Of a stretch of 64,000 bases of DNA, positions 14,660-25,732 are shown in pieces. Each line of letters starts with the position of its first letter. The first letter of the stretch is position 1. The translations under genes and the position numbers were made by a program. Origin of the DNA: Azolla caroliniana (taxonomy: Eukaryota; Plantae; Polypodiophyta); assembly GCA_043228905.1 (NCBI GenBank), contig JBHGNT010000005.1, positions 22,320,001 through 22,384,000 of the forward strand. Reading direction: 5' to 3'. The notes under the pieces were generated by a model that was given only the letters and a program-made list of their open reading frames with translations, had not been told where the DNA came from and searched no databases.

Positions 14660-16650
14660 CTCGGGGCAATTGTAAATTCTAACCCGGACCAATGTGGGTT
14701 GACACGACCCCTATCACTTTTAACTCGACCCAGGGTTTTTCTAACCTAACCAATGGTTTGGCTAACCCGGCTCAATCCTGCAGGAACATCACTAACTAGA
14801 CCTTGGTCATTGTTAACCCGGTTGAGGTAATTACTAACCCAACCAATTACTCTAACCTGGTGGAGAATAGTACTAAACCCGTGGAAGTCACTACAATTAT
14901 AACCCAATGCTTTTTATAGCTAACCCGGTATTGCGAACCTAACCCAACTCCAAATGCAATGTCATTAAAAACCTACAATCAGGTCATATGTGAATCAAAA
15001 ACTTGTTGCATGGGAGGGGAGAAAATCGAGACGCTCAACCTACACATGTGATATGGTATGTAATTTAGCTTTATTCTTATGTGTTTTCTATGCATTTTGT
15101 TTTCAACAATGCAAGTTGTGGATGAGCATGCATGCATTCAAATGATGTCCCGCTTTCTTGGATTGATGCCCTTTCACTTTTTGTTTGCATTGCGACCAAT
15201 GTTATATTTCTATTGCATAGACCATTCCAATTTGGAATAAATGTGTAAGAATGTGATTGTGTTACTGCATTAACTCATTTTATGTGATTATTGTGGATGG
15301 TATTGATGGTAATGTAAGAGAGGGTATGATCATAATGCACATCAATACCTTTCCGATTATGCATGCATTCATGTACTTGTGGATGGTATTGCCCAAAATG
15401 TTCATGCATTCATATTGCAATGGATGGTATTCCCCAAATTTTGGTACACACAGACAAGTCATTTAATCCACTCTTGTCTTTTAATCCATTGATTTGTGCA
15501 TTGATTGCATAGATAATTGTTAGGTTCTCAACATTCCTTAGCATGATTCATATTGGGGTGAGGGAGGTATTATTCATATTCATTTTTCAAATGTATTTGT
15601 GATTATACTTCTAATGCGTGGGTTTTTGTAAGAAGGGGTATTAGAAGTAACAATTCAAGAAAGACGGAGGCCCAAAATAACATGGAGGTGGCAAAGGTAG
15701 AGACTATCTAGGATGTAGACCAAACGAGCCAACGTGAACACTAAATGTTTATGCGATTCCAACATATAGGAGTTTAGATCCTTGAATTTCAGTTGCGGAT
15801 AGATATATATTTGCTTATTCCAATGCATATTAGACATTACCAACGTTGTCAAATTAGGTGGAGTTGACCCACTTTCTATCTTCAAATGTGTTCAAGTTCC
15901 AATGGGGATACAATTTGGAGTATGTACAGTTAAAGAGTCATACCAGAAAAACCAATGATGGTTTCATAAGAAGATGGACATAGAGGCATATTTATTGAAG
16001 GAACATGGCATTAGGAGGTTGCTTCCAAGAAGGATGAAGACAGTGAAGAGTAGTCGTCATAAGGGGAAGATTATGGTCCCTCATACTTCATCAACTATGA
16101 AAGGGAAAGGTCAATAAAACATTTTTTTTAGTGGTGAACTAAAATACAATAGAGTTCGTTAGTGAGAACAATATGGAAAAAAAACACTTGATAAAATGTA
16201 ATCCCTTAACCACTTTGAACTTGTACAAAAATTTACAAGTGATGAGATGACGATATACAACTCCACAAAAAGACAACCGAATGGAGAAGATTCATCGAAA
16301 GATTGCAAAAGGACACCAATTTTATGTAAGTATTATATTTCTCAAGACATATTCATTCCTAATATGCAATTTCCAATCTACATATTTGTACTATGTAGTG
16401 TAGGACTCATTGGTTGCAAGTAACCGAGAGATGATGGAAACATCTCAAGTGGGAGTAACCAAGAACCCACTGTCAGATTCAATGCCAAGTCAACCCAAAA
16501 GAGAAAAAAACCAAGTCAGATGACAAGAGGTGAACCCAACCCTATGTGTGTGTCTTCAAACTAATTCGAAGGAGGAACCGAAGGACGTTGGGACTGTTTA
16601 GATTGCGTATGGGAAAGCCATGAGCTCAACGAACATGACAAGTAAGAGAT
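14660..16650. mobile_element. Possible degraded DNA-transposon remnant with subterminal AACCC(GG) repeats
   Basis: Many TAACCC(GG) motifs at 14680-14950, followed by decayed coding-like sequence. No TIR pair or TSD identified. Confidence 0.3.
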
Positions 16651-17333
16651 TCACCAAGTATAGAAAGTTTTAATGGTTTAGGGTTCATGTCGTCATTATT
16701 TCAAGGGTTTGTTCATTTCTTATTTTGTGTATAAAAAACCGGTTCCAACTTGTTTGTAGAATATTGAAGTTGTTAGTTTATGTCAAAGGCTTATCAATGT
16801 TGGTAAGAGATTGTGTTATGTTTTTTGTAAAAAAGAAAAGAAAGAGATTGTGTTATGAGTGAGAGGTTAAGGTTTCAATATTTGCTTTGATTATAGGATA
16901 TTATAATGAGATTTTTGCTACCATCAATTTGCTAGAGTAAAGTAGAGCATGCAAGACAGAAAAAAACGCGAGGTGCATGTTAAAGTTTTATAAACAACAC
17001 ACATTGTTTTTATTTGCTAGAGAGCCTCTTGAATCCTATAAAAGGGTGAGGAAAGCTCGTTGTTGGAGAAAGCTTTGAAAACGAGGGCAATGCATTATCT
17101 CTAGTCATGATTAGTGTGTAGCTAAAGGAGCAAGGAAGTAGATTGAAGGGAAATAGCATTAGGATTATAAAGTTTATTACATGTTACTTGCTACTACATG
17201 CCAATGGGGACAAAAGCAAAGAAGTAGTAGAACCCTTGCCATGAATAGGGCAGACGAAAGGTTGTTCCACGATAATTTGTTTATCGATCGATTATTACAA
17301 GCATCGCACCAAGTTTCCATACTCCTTGTAGAG

Positions 17334-18443
17334 CTACTGATAGAAGCCTCCACAAGAAGTTCGGTAAGCGAAGAGAAAGCCGGTGAAACTGAGCCGGGAC
17401 TTGGCAAGGTCAAACTCCACCAAGTTCTCTTGTTGTTGGTAAGTGCCTAGGACAGATGGTGCGTTCGCACCGGCATCTACAAACGCCCAACAAAGGACAT
17501 CACCGGCCACATTAACCATAGAGTTCCAGCCGAAGATCGTCCACACTGCGCCCCCAGACAATTTGAGTTCGATATCGGCGACACCAGGGCGGTCGAGCGT
17601 GTCGAAGAAGTTAGTCCCGTTGAAGCAAGTGTCGAAACGGGCGGCCCTCGTGGTCGGCAATGGGACGGCAGGCGTGGAGCTGCCGAACCCGATGGCCTTC
17701 CGGAAGGCCGAGCGCACACGGAGGTATAGCTTGTGTTCCAAGAGGGTGTAGACGGTAGTGGCACTAATGTAGAGCCGGAAAGGGGCCAAATTCAGAGATT
17801 TCGTGCCGACCACGATGTCCCGGACTGAGATCGAGTAGGGGCCAGACACGTGGCTACTCCGCGATGATGACACGTGGAGGGTTGTGTGAGAGAAGACATT
17901 GGAGAGATTCCCGTAAGCGCCGCCCGCCCCGCCTCTCGCGAAATACCCATCCCGGCTTCCCCCAAGGAAAAGTGGCCCGTCCGGCAAGCAATAGGCAAAG
18001 ACAGGACGGCTGCCACTTAGGCTCCCGGCGATCTGAGCTGGCAATGCCAGATCACCGCTCCCGAGGGCCGCCTGCCCCGACCCGCCACACCGGAATGCCA
18101 CATGGCGGACTGCGGATGGAAGGACCGGAGGCATGCCATTGGTTCGGTTGAGACGGAGCGTGTCCTCAGAGTATCCACGGCGGTGGCGGAAGGTGGAGGA
18201 TCGGGAGGGCCGGAAGGTGGAGGAGGTGCACCGGACGGTGGACACGGGGGCGGTGAAGGTGATGGTCACATTCTGGGGCTGGGGCGGGGTGCCAAGCAGC
18301 AGGCTCACGGTGTACACACCGTCGATGAGGTGGACATTGGTGCGTAAAGGGGTCGAGGTCGAGGACACTTGTAATGTAGCCATGGAGGAGCACATCATGG
18401 TGATGGTGAACATCACAAGGAAAGTAGAGAAGAAGTTCTTCAT
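17334..18443 (-). CDS. Secreted non-catalytic pepsin-fold protein of the XEGIP/EDGP/basic 7S globulin/TAXI family, copy 1, intronless
   Basis: Signal peptide, then YTVSLLLGTPPQP. Both DTG/DSG motifs are replaced (ITFTA, ISATT). FAYCLP is present, and the C-terminus VLGTYQQQENLVEFDLAKSRLSFT...RTSC is typical of the family. The ATG shared with the paralog is 18443; an upstream ATG at 18449 is possible. Confidence 0.88.
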   Translation of the reverse strand: MKNFFSTFLVMFTITMMCSSMATLQVSSTSTPLRTNVHLIDGVYTVSLLLGTPPQPQNVTITFTAPVSTVRCTSSTFRPSRSSTFRHRRGYSEDTLRLNRTNGMPPVLPSAVRHVAFRCGGSGQAALGSGDLALPAQIAGSLSGSRPVFAYCLPDGPLFLGGSRDGYFARGGAGGAYGNLSNVFSHTTLHVSSSRSSHVSGPYSISVRDIVVGTKSLNLAPFRLYISATTVYTLLEHKLYLRVRSAFRKAIGFGSSTPAVPLPTTRAARFDTCFNGTNFFDTLDRPGVADIELKLSGGAVWTIFGWNSMVNVAGDVLCWAFVDAGANAPSVLGTYQQQENLVEFDLAKSRLSFTGFLFAYRTSCGGFYQ

Positions 18444-19589
18444 AGTCATGATGATGATGAATTCTTTGAATGTAACTAACTCCTTACTCATCTTTTATAG
18501 ATGAATTCTCTCTCCTAGTTGGGTTGGGGGTAGGGGTAGGGGTTAGGATCGGTAGTCTAGTCTATCACATAACACGATTTCGAAACATTATGTGCATTAC
18601 ACCTTACAACAGATTTCGCACCTGAACCCTATCGAAGCGATTTAAGGTGTTGTTTGCCATCTACATTGAAAATATTAGAGTCTTCGAACATGCCCCACCT
18701 GGAAATGGGTTGAGTCGGCGTGCCATGTATGGGAAATTCTATCGATTTGCTTTTGAAGTTTGGGAAGCATTATGTAACTTGCCATGTAAGCTTTCCGCTT
18801 CTCATACAAAATGCAATCCCTTTTACCGATTTCTCACTGTTTTATGTGTGAGATGGAAACTCCCAACACATTTCCCTTCAAAGAACCCCAACTAATAATC
18901 TAGATTTTAATTGACCAATCCACATCAAGCATTGAAAGTCATATTGATGGCTTAAGTATTGATGTATATATTTTATATACATAAATGTGTGTGTGGGTGT
19001 GTCAACATTTTGGAGGTTTTGTTCTATTACATCTTAATTTTGAAGATTTGCATCTTCAATTCCAAAATTTAACTAGTTTTTCAGGACATTGTGGATAGGT
19101 TTTATGCCATCATTTTCAAACAAGGCTTTATATAAGGTGCAAACCAAATGCATCACTTTCTAAACAATGTCTACATGATATTCCCACTATGGATTGTTTA
19201 TCAATAAGAACATCGTGGAATAAACTAAAATTTCGTATGTTGTGGTGCCCAAGGATTCAATTTTATGTTAAAAAGTCAATACCCTTGTTATAAGCAAGTT
19301 GGCATGATAAAATCACCTTTAGCTCCTTAAGTGAAGAATGCGCCAATGCAATGGTAAAATAGGTAAGATTGGTCATCCATGTGTGGATTTGCATGAACAT
19401 TTGTGCAATTTGTATCAATGCGCGTGTTTAATATACAATAACATGCAATATAGCCCGCAAGATTCAACTTATGTATAATTAAGGAGCCCTGACTTCTAGT
19501 TGAAAATCTTTGAATCATATCATTTCGCGATCCAATATCCCAGCTTTGGCGATAAGGCACATAACTCTATGTCAACTTTTCATTGTTTT

Positions 19590-20092
19590 TGCAACATTTT
19601 GGCAATGTTGTTAGAATCTAGTATAGTTCTATGAAGCGGAAATAGATGATCAAACCTTTGTTTGGACTTCTAAAGTGTTGCACTTGCACTCAACGTTTAG
19701 TTGGGAGACTCAACCCGATCCTTCTTCCTTGTTCGAGATGATTCATCAAGGCCACACTCCTCGAGGTTTATATCAAAAGTTACCCAATCCGAGGTTGCTA
19801 CTTGTATTTCTAGGATTAGAGAATGAAGGTTTGAAGCTACGATCCTTGCAAAGCTTGAATGTTGCCTTGCCACAGGTAAATACCTCTCATTTGCATTTCA
19901 GTTTTATGGGCTTCCATGTATTGGGTCACATCGTCCCCTCCATGATCGTTTCAATGGCGTTGTCAATGCTTGTACTATTGTCCCTCTCACAAAGCATGTG
20001 GTCCATCATCATGGTCATTACTTGAGCCAAGTCTTCACTTGATTCACTGGCCATCCTCCCTTGTAGCCCATTTCATGTTGGGTTCACCAAAT
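19590..20092 (-). mobile_element. Ty3/gypsy-type gag remnant, duplicated with the inhibitor gene
   Basis: Homologous to 39760-40732, which translates as ...GLDKAIEKIVDANGFFDGEDVTRYMKSYKTKMRMRG (gag-like). Confidence 0.5.
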
Positions 20093-20612
20093 TTCGTGAA
20101 AGTTACACACATGCATGTGAAGTAGAGTGGATCCACTAGGGACTTGAACTACGGAGATTAAAGTAGTAAACCTTTGGGCATATTGAACTATGTACATATT
20201 GACTCGATGATTTACTATGTGCAAATGGGTATATCAATGGATCTCCCATACAATTTTTATTTGATTCGGGAAGATCACACAATTTTGTGAATGATCGTTT
20301 TTGAACTATGTATGTATTGAAATAATTGGGCATGCGGTGTCTTCTTTGCCACAATAATGCACACAAGAATGTTTGATAACATCAACATTACAATCCAATA
20401 TAGTAGATTTAGTCGTTATTCTATGATAATCTCAAATAGGTCTCAAGATAAGTTATGAGAATATATGTCGTTGGAAATCAACATTGCTTCTTTGGAACCT
20501 TGTCTTGGATTTATCCTAGGAGTTCATAAACATGTAGTTTGATTCGATGTGCTCATCGTGTGAATCACATTCCTTGTTTTGAAAATAGCACAAAAAGGAA
20601 TTCTATATATTA

Positions 20613-21400
20613 TGTAAAGAATAAGATATGATTCTTGTGCAATGGAAGAGATGTGCGTTATGTGTATGTGTGAGAGGAAAGAGAGGAGAGAAGAGAAAAC
20701 ACAAGATAGATTAGATAGAATACTCGTGAAGGTGTATATTCACAAGGAAAATATGAGATACAAAAATGTAGCATTACAAGGAGTCACAATCAACACTATA
20801 TGAAGTAGGAGGAGGGTGCTTTATATAAGGTCACCTTCTCTCTTCATTAACTCACTACAATGTCCACTCTCTCTCTAGAACCTTGAGAAATTTGAAGACT
20901 CATTAGTCATGGGGAATATGGAACTCATTAGTTATGTGTCATAGAATATGATTCTATGACACATAGTTAATGTGTAGAGAGTGGTGTGACTCTTAACTTT
21001 TGAGTGCTCATAGATTCTCAAAGAGTGTGTTCACACATATGTTATGTTGAGCTTGATTCTCAACACGCCCCCTCAAGCTCAACTCGGGTCGGCTCCTTTC
21101 AGTTAATGTTCGCTTCGGCTGGTACTCGGTTCGGACGATATTTGGTTCTCTGTTGTACTCCCCCTCAAGCTTGGCAAGTCAGGGACCGTCAATCCAAGGT
21201 TTGACATGAATTGCCGAATCTTGTCGGCTCCTAGGGCCTTGGTGAAGATGTCAACAATTTGAAGATTCGTGTTGATGTATTGAAGGTCGACATCTCCGGC
21301 CTGAATGCGCTCTCGAATGAAGTGATAGTGCACTTCGATATGCTTTGTGCGTGCGTGGAACACCAGGTTTCGAGCCAAGTAAATACTTCTCATGTTGTCG
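20613..21400 (-). mobile_element. Truncated Ty1/copia: 3' LTR 20613-21065, PPT and RNase H fragment
   Basis: RNase H peptide LARNLVFHARTKHIEVHYHFIRE; PPT GAGCTTGAGGGGGCG abutting TGTTGAG; LTR bounded by TG...CA. Confidence 0.8.
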
Positions 21401-21469
21401 CAGTAGGATCCTTGATGGGAACGCCAAGATCCTTCAAAAGAGCTCGTGGGACAAGAAGTTGGTGGACAG

Positions 21470-21700
21470 TGAAATCAATTATAGCGTGATGCTAGGTGAG
21501 GGGGAAGAGTTGGTGGGGCAAGACATAAAAGTGGTGTGAGAAAGTGAGATTGCCTAATGTGGCAGTGCAACGGGCTTGCATGCGAGAGTGGTATAGATGT
21601 TGGTGATCGCCAAAAAGGACTTGGATGGAGGGAGTGGTGGATGTCAGGAGGCCTAACTGATGAACTAAGGCGGTGCTAATGGAACATATACTACTACATG
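21470..21700 (-). mobile_element. Gypsy-type aspartic protease remnant
   Basis: SISTALVHQLGL...IQVLFGD...FYVLPHQLFPLT resembles a retrotransposon protease; degraded. Confidence 0.4.
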
Positions 21701-21934
21701 TCACGGATGGGTAGATGTCGCTCTCTCTTAGTATTTAGCCTCGTCTACCCATCCGTGATAGTTTGTTCACCAGGTGCCCCCGAGTATTTATACAAGAATG
21801 TGGAGGTATGCATGTAAGCAATGAAACTTCTGGAGACTGCATGAAGATGAATTGTCCAGAAGTTTCTTGAATGTTCTAGTGATTAATCTACAATGTAGTA
21901 AGTTGAATCTTATACAATACAATAATGCATAGAT

Positions 21935-22003
21935 GGATGTAGTTTAACTGGTAAGGTTGCCCAATAAGACTAGGAGGTCATGGGTTCAACCCACTACATT
22001 CCA
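21935..22003 (+). other. tRNA-like or SINE-head-like sequence
   Basis: Box-A-like GTAGTTTAACTGGTAAG, box-B-like GGGTTCAACCC, and complementary ends GGATGTAG / CTACATTCC. No clean cloverleaf. Confidence 0.35.
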
Positions 22004-22597
22004 TGTGGCATCCTGTCTATGACACTACCAAAGATTAGCAAGGTAGTGTGGGTCAAGTGATTGATGGTGGCGAGAGCAATGCATACCTACAAAGCGGAAA
22101 AGGCAGATGCTTGGACGTGGGGTTCTGGTACTTACATCTCCACCAATATGTGAAATGCACTTGAGAGATAAAAACCAGCCTACTTCAGTAAGCTCAATTT
22201 ATAGTTGATACAAAGGTACCCATTTCGGTTGGCTTAGCTACATGTGTGCTAAAAGGGTGGGTTGGCTTAGTGTTGAGCGGCAAGCTCAACAGGATCCGGA
22301 TCGACATCCAGAAGGATGAGCTGGATCGGTGAGCAAGTGGGCCGGTGAGCTGGGGAGCCGGTTAGCCGGATCCAGCAGTAACCGGAAGCTTAGTTATAGC
22401 CTAGGCTACTAGGTAGTTAATGTCTCGTAGTTAGTGTCAGACGCTCGTGTGAGCATTGAAGTACACCGTACTTCTGTCAGTCCGCATGGACTTGTATAAA
22501 AGTGTTCACTGAACACATACGATGTACAGATTGAGTAATATTTTGAATTGAATTTCTCTGTGCTCTCTGTCTCTCCCGTGTACTGTGTATATTCTAA

Positions 22598-23283
22598 GCT
22601 CTCCATTAACCTGCGGTTCTGTTTTTGGTTTTCTATTGCTTCCACATGCTATTCTTTTTACATGGTATCAGAGCACGAGGGTTGAGAACCTCTGCAACCG
22701 ACATAGCTTGAAAGGAAAACCAACCCGGTAAGAACAGAAAGAGAAGTAATGGACAGAGGAATGACTAGCTTGCTCTTGGTGGAGAAGCTCGACAGATCCA
22801 ACTACGCATATTGGTCATACAAGATGCTCTCCATTAAACCTGCGGTTCTGTTTTTGGTTTTCTATTGCTTCCGCACGCTATTCTTTTTACATGGTATCAG
22901 AGCACGAGGGTTGAGAACCTCTGCAACCGACATAGCTTGAAAGGAAAACCAACCCGGTAAGAACAGAAAGAGAAGTAATGGACAGAGGAATGACTAGCTT
23001 GCTCCTGGTGGAGAAGCTCGACAGATCGAACTACGCATATTGGTCATACAAGATGCTCTCCATTAAACCTGCGGTTCTGTTTTTGGTTTTCTATTGCTTC
23101 CGCACGCTATTCTTTTTACATGGTATCAGAGCACGAGGGTTGAGAACATCTGCAACCGACATAGCTTGAAAGGAAAACCAACCCGGTAAGAACAGAAAGA
23201 GAAGTAATGGACAGAGGAATGACTAGCTTGCTCCTGGTGGAGAAGCTCGACAGATCGAACTACGCATATTGGTCATACAAGAT
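22598..23283 (+). repeat. Three ~229-bp tandem units, each U5 end + PBS + gag start
   Basis: Units start at 22598, 22826 and 23055; PBS at 22663, 22892 and 23121; identical ORF starts at 22749, 22978 and 23207. Confidence 0.95.
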
Positions 23284-25281
23284 GCACCAGTACCTGCTTG
23301 GGCATGGGTACTGGTGCTATGTCGACGGAGCTAACGACACAACACCTGATGCGGCACACAACGACTTCCCAGTGTGGGAACAAGCAACAAGCAGAGTGAT
23401 GTACTGCTTCGCGTTCAATGTCGGAGACTAGCTACTAAGCCATATCCGAGATGCCAAGATGCCAAAAGAATCTTGGGGAAACCTGAAGAACGTTTTCGCC
23501 GCAAGCACAACGACCAGGAAGCTGCAGCTTAGGCAGGAGCTCAACAATGTTCAACAAAAAATCTGTCTGTGGCCGATTACACGGCCCGAATCAAGGAAAT
23601 TATTGACTCACTTGCCTCCGTCAATGTGAACGTCAAGGAGGACGAGATGGTGCAAGTTTGTCTTGGTGGGTTAGCGTCTAAGTTCGGAGCTTTCCGAACG
23701 ACGGTCTGTACGAGGGAGAATACGCCGTCATTTTTCAACTTACAGTCGATGCTCCTTGTAGAGGAGAACCATGCCGGTGCATCAACAAGTGCACACACCG
23801 ACAACCGGATGCTGTACACGGAGGCGGATCGGCCCCGTGGGCGTGGTGGACGAGGCGGATCAGTCCGCAATGGTAGCGGCCGACAAGAGCAAGACCGAAG
23901 GTAGAGAGAACGTGCCGACAATAGTTCTGGACCCTCCACAAGCAGGGGGGATTCAAGGCGGCGCCGGAGGCCGGCAAGCAAAGGCCGACACAGAATGCTG
24001 GTATTGTGGTAAAAAGGGCCACAAAGAAAGCGAGTGCTGGAAGAAGCACGCCGATTCGGACAGATCTGGATCCGGCAATACTCGCACTACGTAGAAGGAT
24101 CAAGAGGATCCAAAACCAAAAAAGCTGGTAAAGGGCCAGCCTTGGTGATGAAACACGAGCCTAACTCGATGAAGAAGACCACTTCCAAATCAGAGGAAGT
24201 GTGGTACGTTGATTCCGGTGCGTGGAATCACACGACGAACCACAAAGAGTGGTTCTCCTACCTAGAGAAACCGGAACAACTGGGAGTTGTCGAAACCGAA
24301 GACGACACTCCTCACCCAATCGTGCATGTCAGTGAAGTCCCTTTGAGCCACGTTGGATAGAGGGGAAAGTTGATGAACGTATTACACGTTCCGACTATCA
24401 CGAAGAACCTAGTGTCAATCAGTCAAATCATTGTCCAGGGGATGCAGGTGTGGTTTACGCACCTTGGGTGCTTCATCGAGGAAGAGGGCTAGATTATTGC
24501 GCAAGGGCGTAGAGACGGGAGGATGTTCATCCTCGACACCAATGACGTCGGCACCACTTTGTTCGCCGAAGGACAGAAGATTGAATCGGACATCGATCTC
24601 TGGCACAAGTGGATCGGCCACGTCAATTACCAGAGGCTTCAAGATCTACAAATGAAACAAGTTGTTTTCGGTTTGCCGAAGTTCAGTGGCCGGAAGGCCC
24701 AAATATGTGAAGCCTGCCAACTCGGGAAGCAGCACTAGCTTCCATTCCCCACCCAACAAAACCATAGCTGTAACAAGCTCGACCTTATTCATTTGGATGT
24801 ATGGGGACTGGCATAGAATGTTAGTCTTGACGGGAGTCGGTATTTCATCTCCTTCATCGATGACTACAACCGTCACACATGGATCTACCTCATTGAGCGG
24901 AAGAGCGAAGTCTTCGAGTGTTTCTGGAACCTGCAAAACCTGGTTGAACGGGAAACGGAGAGGAAGATGAAGTGCTTGCGGTCGGATGGTAGAAAAGAAT
25001 ATTTTTCCGGCCAATTCAACAGTTATCTGCAACAAAAAGGAATTCGGAGAGAGTTCAGTTGCAGATACACACCGGAGCAAAACGGTGTGGCCGAGAAGAT
25101 GAACCGGTCGATTGTCGACGCGGCAAGGGCGATGCTGGAAGAGAAGAGCATGCCCCATTTCTACTGGATGGAGGCGGTCCGGACGGCCCTCTACATCCAA
25201 AACCGGATCGGTGACAAGGTGTCCGCGCATGAGCTATATTTCGGGTGCAAGCCGAATTTGAGACACCTTCGGATATTGGAT

Positions 25282-25732
25282 ATGTGCATGTGCCGGATGA
25301 GAAGCGGAGGAAGTTGGATGCAAAGTCGGAGAAATGCCTCCTTGTCGGTTACTCGCATGAGCAAAAGGGGTATAAGTGTTATAGCCCCCAGATGAAGTAG
25401 GTCCGAGTTAGTCGGGATGTTGAGTTTGATGAGACGACATCATGGTATGCCTTACCGGCTCCGACTTTGATCCCGACCCGATACCGGAGGATGAGGCTAG
25501 TGAGCCGGATGTGCATGTGTTGGATGAGAAGCGGAGGAAGTTGGATGCAAAGTCGGAGAAATGCCTCCTTGTCGGTTACTCGCATGAGCAAAAGGGGTAT
25601 AAGTGTTATAGCCCCCAGATGAAGTAGGTCTGAGTTAGTAGGGATGTTGAGTTTGATGAGACGACATCATGGTATGCCTTACCGGCTCCGACTCTGATCC
25701 CGACCCGATACCGGAGGATGAGGCTAGTGAGC
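25282..25732 (+). repeat. 227-bp tandem duplication inside copia pol (integrase C-terminal region)
   Basis: ATGTGCATGTG...GAGGATGAGGCTAGTGAGC occurs at 25282 and 25509. Confidence 0.92.

Larger units (their letters stand above)
16850..20092. repeat. Tandem segmental duplication, copy 1; copy 2 is 28975-29182 plus 37296-40732
   Basis: Colinear homology of the downstream flank (GCAATGCATTATCTCTAGTCATGATTAG), the gene, the promoter and the gypsy gag remnant. Confidence 0.88.

Noticed and set aside
17334-18491. Active aspartic protease, and ORF start at 18491
   Set aside because: Both catalytic DTG/DSG motifs are absent. The signal peptide and the paralog point to ATG 18443 or 18449.
17443-18504. 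Plus-strand and alternative-frame ORFs over the inhibitor genes (also 38081-38631)
   Set aside because: Shadow ORFs of GC-rich coding sequence.
22598-23283. Repeat array as CRISPR or a triplicated small gene
   Set aside because: There are no unique spacers; the units are LTR-U5/PBS/gag duplicates in eukaryotic DNA.
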